Below are positions 58,461-64,000 of a stretch of 64,000 nucleotides of DNA, piece by piece. The stretch is from an uncultured Gemmatimonadales bacterium. GTDB lineage: Bacteria; Gemmatimonadota; Gemmatimonadetes; Gemmatimonadales; GWC2-71-9. The first letter of the stretch is position 1; each line of letters opens with the position of its first letter. The notes under the pieces are model-generated. The model ran no database searches, had not been told where the DNA came from, and saw only the letters and a program-made list of their open reading frames with translations. The position numbers and the translations under genes are program-made. The stretch spans positions 1 to 64,000 of the forward strand of contig CAWCVB010000007.1 in NCBI GenBank assembly GCA_963798915.1, read 5' to 3'.

Positions 58461-59506
58461 GGCACCAGCGCCAGTCCATTGGGGCCGTCGACCGACCCCA
58501 GGCTGGTGACCGCCCAGTTGCCGAGATCGATGACACTCACGTGATCGTCCTCGGCGTTGGCCACGTAGGCCAGCGCGCCACTCGAGTCCACCAGCACCCT
58601 GATGGGCGACTTCCCGGTGCGGAGCCGCCGCACGGGACGGCCCGTTTCGAGATCCACGACCACGACCGCCGAGTCGCGGGGTGCCGGCGCAAGAATGAAG
58701 CGGCCGTCGGGGGTCACGCCGGAGTAGAGAATCTGGCCGACGCCCAGGTCACCGATCCGTCGCGCAATGCGGAGCTCGGCACTGTCGATGATGAGGAGTT
58801 CATTGCGCCCGGATGCGAGCAGGTGCGTGCCATCCGGCATCCAGCTGAGGCCCCGGATGGGTGTGGCAGTGGGGATCTGGCCGGTGATGTGCCCGCTGTC
58901 CGGGTCCACCCGGTACACGCCCGAATCCGCGGCCATGAGCCAGAGGGTACTGCCGTCGCGGGAGAAGACGAAGTTGTGGGTTCCTGCGGGAACCGGAAAG
59001 CCACGGATACGCTGCCGGCTGGCGACATCGAAGACGAGCATCGAATCGCCCACTTCCGCGTTGACGAACAGCTCATGCCCGTCCGGCGGCCGGAGCTTCA
59101 ATCCATGCGGTGCCTGGCTCGCCCCGGAGCTGGCGGCGTGCAGTGAGTCGCCTGCCAGCCACAGGTGGTCCCGGACCGCGCCGGTCTCGATGTCGATGAT
59201 CGCGACGGATGTGCCGGGCGTACCGAGCCTGGTGTCGTAGTCTCGCAGGCCGAAATTGGAGACATAGGCCGTCCGGCCGTCCGCCGTGACGGCCACTTCA
59301 TGCGGCAATGTGTCGACGGGGATCCGGTGCCGCGCCGCGCCGGTGCGGGCATCGAGCAGGCTTACCTGGCCGGCATTCTCTTCCACGACCACGAGCACCG
59401 GGTCGCGGTGACTGGCGACCGGCGCCCGGGACGGCGAGCAGCCACCGACCGTGAGAGCGGCTGCCGCGACGAGCGCGAGGCGCAGCGCGGGTCCCGGCCC
59501 TGGCAG
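58457..59506 (-). CDS. YncE/YVTN beta-propeller lipoprotein
   Basis: PHEVAVTADGRTAYVSN-type repeats; in-frame upstream lipobox TVGGC; start codon uncertain. Confidence 0.8.
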   Translation of the reverse strand: MPGPGPALRLALVAAAALTVGGCSPSRAPVASHRDPVLVVVEENAGQVSLLDARTGAARHRIPVDTLPHEVAVTADGRTAYVSNFGLRDYDTRLGTPGTSVAIIDIETGAVRDHLWLAGDSLHAASSGASQAPHGLKLRPPDGHELFVNAEVGDSMLVFDVASRQRIRGFPVPAGTHNFVFSRDGSTLWLMAADSGVYRVDPDSGHITGQIPTATPIRGLSWMPDGTHLLASGRNELLIIDSAELRIARRIGDLGVGQILYSGVTPDGRFILAPAPRDSAVVVVDLETGRPVRRLRTGKSPIRVLVDSSGALAYVANAEDDHVSVIDLGNWAVTSLGSVDGPNGLALVP

Positions 59507-59508
59507 CG

Positions 59509-62500
59509 CTATCGCCGGCCTCGGTCCGGCACCAGTTCCGCCATGGCTTGCTTCGCCTCGGTCACCCGCGGCTGCAGCTCGGGGTCGGCATTCTTCCAGA
59601 GATCCACGAACCGGCCATAGTACTCCATGGCATGCGCCGTGTCGCCGGCGTTCTGGTACAGCTGGCCAAGGCGAAGCAGGGTCGGCGCCAGGTGGAGCGG
59701 ATCCGCCTCATCCCGGCCGGTCCCCGCCATCTCGACGTACTGCGTGAAATACTTTTGCGCCGAGTCGGGCCGGCCGCCGTGGTCGAATGCCTGGCCAAGG
59801 AGCAAGGGCGTCCATGCCGTACCGTTGAGGGTTGGCAATCCATCCGCATCGGAGTCGCTGCGGCGGTATTGTGCGATGGCGCTATCGATCTTCCCTTCCG
59901 CCAGTGCGATCGCGCCCCGATCGCGCGTCAGAAAGACCCACTGCTGGCGCCGGTCCAGCGAATCCAGCCGCGATTCATACTGGTGCAGCACCTCGCGCGC
60001 CCTGGCCGGGGCGCCAAGACTGGCGTAGGCCCGCGCCAGCCACAGGCTCTGGTCACGCTCGAGCGGCGCGGACGCCGCCGGATGTGCCAGGCGGGTGGAG
60101 TCAAGCGCGGCCAGTCCGCCTGCGGTATTTCCCCGCAGCAGCCCATCCACCATCGCGTGAAAATACGCCACCTGATACGGACTCGCGGGGTCACCGCGGA
60201 CCCGGGCCTTGCCGTCGAGCACCTGGGGATAGAGCCGCTCAGCCTCCCGCAGCCGACCGCGCAGCACCAGCAGGTTGAGTAATTCCTCCTGGGCGCCGAC
60301 CCTGGCGTCCGGGGATCCGCTGTCGATGCCCGCGCGGGCGTGTCGCTCGGCTGCGTCGTATGCGCGGCGAGTCCACAGGTTCATGAACTCCATCGGCCCC
60401 CTCGGGAAGGGCACGCTGTCCCGCTCCATCGTCGCGATCACGGAGTCGGAGGATGTGTACCGCCCCATCCACGTGTACAGATTGGCGAGATTCGCGCGCA
60501 CCGTTCCGTTCCTCGGGTCGTTGTCGAGCGCTCGCCGGTACATTCGCTCGGCGCCGTCGTAGTCCCGAATGGTGGCAAGCGCGAAGGCCAGCGTATTGGC
60601 CGCGTCCACGTTGGTGGAATCAAGTTCCACCGCGCGCCGGAGCGACGGCAGCGCCTTCTTCCGGTCGTTGGTCACCAGCCAGTAGTAGGCTCCTTCCACG
60701 TTGGCACGTTCGCGCTCCGGCAGCCGGTTGCGCAGCCGGAAGCCCTCGGTGAGCGCGGCGCGCGAGCCGGCCTGTCCGGCGGCCCCACCCTGGCTTGAGA
60801 GGGAATAGGAAAGCTGCACCCACGCCATGGCGAAGGTGCTGTCCTGCCGGATGGCGTTGCGGAAATGCTGGATCGCGGCGGGGTAGTCACCTTCGACGTC
60901 ATTCGAGTGGAGCCCGGCAGCGTAGCTCCGCAATGCACCGAGCGAAGCCGTCGTCACCTGGTCGAGGCGCGGCGCATCGTGCACCGCCTTGAGTGACTCA
61001 CCGATCTTCCGACGGAGGGACTTGGTCAGCCGGTCCACGACGGGAATCAGGTCGCCGGCGTCCTTCGCCGACTCGGTGTACGATGCCAGGTCATTGCCAG
61101 ACGACGCCTCCACCAGCTTGGCCGTCACCAGGTAGCCGTTGCCGGCCGGCACGATGCTTCCCGCCACCACCGCCTTGGCCCCCGACCGCTGGGCGATCTC
61201 GCGCGCCGTGGCGTAGTCCACCCGCGCCGTGTCGGGGCGCTGCATCTGTTCCAGTGTCGCCACCAGCGTGCTCGTCGGCAGCACGTGGACGGCGCTGCTC
61301 TGTGCGAGGTTGGTCTTGACCGCCTCCGCGATGGTGCTGCCGAGGGAGGAATCGGCGCCTGGCGAATCGAACGCCGCCACTACCACCCGATCGCTGGCGG
61401 CAAACTTGCCCGACGAGAGCAGCGACGCCGCCGGCCCGATGCCGAGCGCCCGCGTCACCATGTAGCCCGCGATGAGAAGGACGAACGCGCCCACCGCAAT
61501 GATTCCGCCACGAGCGGTGCGTTTCCACGAAATATGGGGCATCGCCTTGATGGCGAGCGTGGCCATCGTGCCCTGACCGGCAGAGAGCGAGCGGCTGCCA
61601 CCAGGCGTGAAGGTGGGTGTCGCTGCGGCGGCCCGGCGGGCGATGTACTGGGTGTACGCGGTGAAGAGCACCACCGGAAGGCCCAGCGCCATCACCACCA
61701 GCGCGCCGGGGAAGACCCAGTCGGGAAGGCCAATCGCGATGATGGCGGCCCGCGCCAGTATGGCCACGGCGACGAATGCACCGGCGTAGATCGCCATTGC
61801 GCGCCACACCATGTTGCGCCCACCCATGAGGATCGCCGGCATCGCGGCGCCCGCTCCCGACGTCGAGGAGACCGCGTCGAGCTGGCTGAGCAGCTCGGTG
61901 GCGCCGGCCGGCCGAGCGTCCGGCTCCTTGGCAAGGCACCGCATTACCAGCGCGGCAAGGGCCGGCGGGCAGCCGGAACGCAGCTCGCCCACCGGCGCCG
62001 GCGTCTCGCTCATGTGGGCGATGAGCAACTTGTGCGGCGACGGGCCAAGGAAGGGCGGCCGGTTGGCGATCAGCTCGTACGCCATGCAGCCAAAGGCGTA
62101 GATGTCAGCCCGGTGATCGGTTGCGGGATCACCGGCGGCTTGCTCCGGGGCCATGTACATCGGGGTGCCCACGGCGGTGCCCAGCTGGGTGATGGTGGCG
62201 CCGACCGGGCCTTCGGCGGCGGCCGCGATCGCCTTGGCGATTCCGAAATCGGTGACGACCGCAGTGTGGCCCGAGAGGAGCACGTTGTCGGGCTTGATGT
62301 CGCGGTGCACCACTCCGCGCTCATGGGCGTAGGCCAGCGCACGGGAGACATCGCGCAGGATACTCACGACGTCCGCAATGGCCAGCGGTCCGCGCCCCAG
62401 ACGGGCGCGGAGGCTTTCGCCCTCCACGAACGGCATGGTGTAATAAGGAAGGCCGTCCACGTCACCCGCGGAGAGCACCGGGACGATGTTGGCCTGCTGG

Positions 62501-62709
62501 AGCGAGGCGGCGACCTGGATCTCGCGCTCGAACCGGGTGGCGGAGAGCGCCGCCGCGAGATCAGGAGAGAGAAGCTTGACCACGACCTTCCTGCCGAGCC
62601 GGTTCTCCTGGGCGACGAACACGCGGGACATGCCGCCACCGCCCAGCTCGCGTTCCAGCGTATAGCTGGACGCAAGTGCCTCCTGCACCCGGTTCTGAAG
62701 GTCACCCAT
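59509..62709 (-). CDS. Ser/Thr protein kinase with TM segments and TPR
   Basis: RELGGGGMSRVF, HRDIKPDN, DFGIAK, YMAPEQ; C-terminal WKNADPELQP. Confidence 0.95.
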   Translation of the reverse strand: MGDLQNRVQEALASSYTLERELGGGGMSRVFVAQENRLGRKVVVKLLSPDLAAALSATRFEREIQVAASLQQANIVPVLSAGDVDGLPYYTMPFVEGESLRARLGRGPLAIADVVSILRDVSRALAYAHERGVVHRDIKPDNVLLSGHTAVVTDFGIAKAIAAAAEGPVGATITQLGTAVGTPMYMAPEQAAGDPATDHRADIYAFGCMAYELIANRPPFLGPSPHKLLIAHMSETPAPVGELRSGCPPALAALVMRCLAKEPDARPAGATELLSQLDAVSSTSGAGAAMPAILMGGRNMVWRAMAIYAGAFVAVAILARAAIIAIGLPDWVFPGALVVMALGLPVVLFTAYTQYIARRAAAATPTFTPGGSRSLSAGQGTMATLAIKAMPHISWKRTARGGIIAVGAFVLLIAGYMVTRALGIGPAASLLSSGKFAASDRVVVAAFDSPGADSSLGSTIAEAVKTNLAQSSAVHVLPTSTLVATLEQMQRPDTARVDYATAREIAQRSGAKAVVAGSIVPAGNGYLVTAKLVEASSGNDLASYTESAKDAGDLIPVVDRLTKSLRRKIGESLKAVHDAPRLDQVTTASLGALRSYAAGLHSNDVEGDYPAAIQHFRNAIRQDSTFAMAWVQLSYSLSSQGGAAGQAGSRAALTEGFRLRNRLPERERANVEGAYYWLVTNDRKKALPSLRRAVELDSTNVDAANTLAFALATIRDYDGAERMYRRALDNDPRNGTVRANLANLYTWMGRYTSSDSVIATMERDSVPFPRGPMEFMNLWTRRAYDAAERHARAGIDSGSPDARVGAQEELLNLLVLRGRLREAERLYPQVLDGKARVRGDPASPYQVAYFHAMVDGLLRGNTAGGLAALDSTRLAHPAASAPLERDQSLWLARAYASLGAPARAREVLHQYESRLDSLDRRQQWVFLTRDRGAIALAEGKIDSAIAQYRRSDSDADGLPTLNGTAWTPLLLGQAFDHGGRPDSAQKYFTQYVEMAGTGRDEADPLHLAPTLLRLGQLYQNAGDTAHAMEYYGRFVDLWKNADPELQPRVTEAKQAMAELVPDRGRR

Positions 62710-62940
62710 GGTGAAGCTGCTTTTTGGGAGGGTTCAGGGAGCAATATAGGGTCCAGGCGGGTATGCGGCACCCTGATGGGTCGGGCCGACTGAGGTGCCG
62801 ACCGCCGCTTTGACCACGGCCAGGTGAGCCTCCCAGCGGCGTGCCGCCTGAAGAGTGGTCCTTTCGATCATCGTGAGCACGTGCAGTCGTCGGGATGGTC
62901 CAACCGTCAGCTCAGTCCGCTTGTCAATGCGCGCGCGGCT

Positions 62941-63237
62941 TCACAGCAGCGGGAAGAGCAGCATCAATCCCACAAAGGCAATGCTGAGCCAGAACAGGGG
63001 CCGAGCCCAGCCTACCACGGCGGCCTCGTCTCCACGAGCGCGCGCCCGGCGCACCCACGCCATGGAGCCTGCCAGCGCGACGCTCGGCAGGGCGCTGCCG
63101 GCGAGCCCGATCCCGTAGCCCAGCTTGAGGGCACCAGTCGTGTAGAGGTGATCGGCCCAGAACCAACTCGCGCCACAGAGGATGATGGCCAGGACGAGGG
63201 CCGCAACGGTCGCGAGGTGATAGCGTGCTCGGGTCAT
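62941..63237 (-). CDS. Small membrane protein
   Basis: Three hydrophobic segments; ATGA overlap. Confidence 0.55.
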   Translation of the reverse strand: MTRARYHLATVAALVLAIILCGASWFWADHLYTTGALKLGYGIGLAGSALPSVALAGSMAWVRRARARGDEAAVVGWARPLFWLSIAFVGLMLLFPLL

Positions 63238-63659
63238 TGGCCTGTTCCGGGCTGAGGAAGGTGCTGCGCACCTGCCGGCGACACGAGGAGCCGGCGCGGC
63301 CTGCCACCGTAGCGACGTTGCGGGTCATGCCGAACAGCACCGCCGATGCCAGGCAGAAGATTCCCAGGAACTGGGCGAATGCCGTGGTGACCGGGTTGGC
63401 CAATGCAGCGAATCCATAGATGCCGGCGAGGGTAGAGCACTGCCGCCACGGTCAGGAACACCCTTGCGTTCACGCCATTCTCCGGCAACAGGATGATTGC
63501 CCCAAATGCGGCCTGCCAGTTTGCCCTGTCGGTGAAGTCCTGCCTTGCGTGGGTGCCGTTCGGGTCCGTGACGCGCGTGCCATGAACCGTCATGAAGCGC
63601 ATGGTGATGTCGTCGGATTGGCGACGGTACCCAACTGGGTGATGCGGGTGTGATGTCAT
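63234..63659 (-). CDS. Hypothetical membrane protein, frameshifted
   Basis: Hydrophobic C-terminus split over two frames; start uncertain. Confidence 0.4.
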   Translation of the reverse strand: MTSHPHHPVGYRRQSDDITMRFMTVHGTRVTDPNGTHARQDFTDRANWQAAFGAIILLPENGVNARVFLTVAAVLYPRRHLWIRCIGQPGHHGIRPVPGNLLPGIGGAVRHDPQRRYGGRPRRLLVSPAGAQHLPQPGTGQ

Positions 63660-63731
63660 CTGCGGTGGATCACATACATTGGCGCGGTGGACCAGACCAC
63701 AGGCTCTGGCCGTGAGCCGCCCGACACACGA

Positions 63732-64000
63732 TCACCCGTCGGCACCCACCGGCGTCGCGACCTCGCGCACGCCGTCCCCGGGCGGTCCGTAACGCCGGGT
63801 GACGAGGCCGTTCGCGGCCACGGGGAACGCCGCGAGCACGGGCGCGATCGCCGCGTAGAGCGCGTCCGCGTCGGGGCCGTACATGTAGAGCACGGCCTTG
63901 CCGCCGCCGACTTCGTTTCCATCGAACGCCCCGGAGCCGCTGGCTAAGATCGCGGCCGAGAGCGCGTCCTCGAGGGTGAAGAGGGGCGCGAGGTCGGACC
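63732..64000 (-). CDS. Conserved hypothetical protein, 5' end outside the window
   Basis: Manual translation LFTLEDALSAAI..GAFDGNEVGGGKAVLYMYGPDADALY..RRYGPPG..*. Confidence 0.65.
   Translation of the reverse strand, partial: SDLAPLFTLEDALSAAILASGSGAFDGNEVGGGKAVLYMYGPDADALYAAIAPVLAAFPVAANGLVTRRYGPPGDGVREVATPVGADG

Overview
A high-GC bacterial window; the 'RELGGGGMSRVFVA' Ser/Thr kinases, ECF-kinase pair and many small lipoproteins suggest Gemmatimonadota (inference). There is no rRNA, tRNA, CRISPR array, integrase or transposase. Many genes carry single-base frameshifts, probably long-read indels, most densely in the first 8 kb. Positions 1-11.5 kb form a defence/toxin-antitoxin (TA) hotspot: IetS-like S8 protease, Zn-ribbon protein, Abi_C protein, UDG-family protein, Fic, a PD-(D/E)XK nuclease / methyltransferase-like / CxxC trio, HigBA and a MazF-type pair. 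Two more TA pairs (AbiEii-type, RelE-type) lie at 19-21 kb after a compact family-B DNA polymerase. The rest is accessory: transporter, VOC/SRPBCC/GNAT proteins, peptidases and hydrolases, GH2, two TPR kinases, two ECF sigma loci, LytSR and a MauG-type di-heme protein. The most striking unexplained structure is a nested set of short-repeat families (CGACCNN heptamers, CGCAGAG/CTCTGCG inverted repeats, ACGAAA repeats, CGTC-type palindromes, a 153-bp tandem unit). These bracket self-contained TA cassettes and an Avd-like four-helix-bundle gene inserted into a DUF305-LVIVD operon, and may be a repeat-guided cargo-insertion system.
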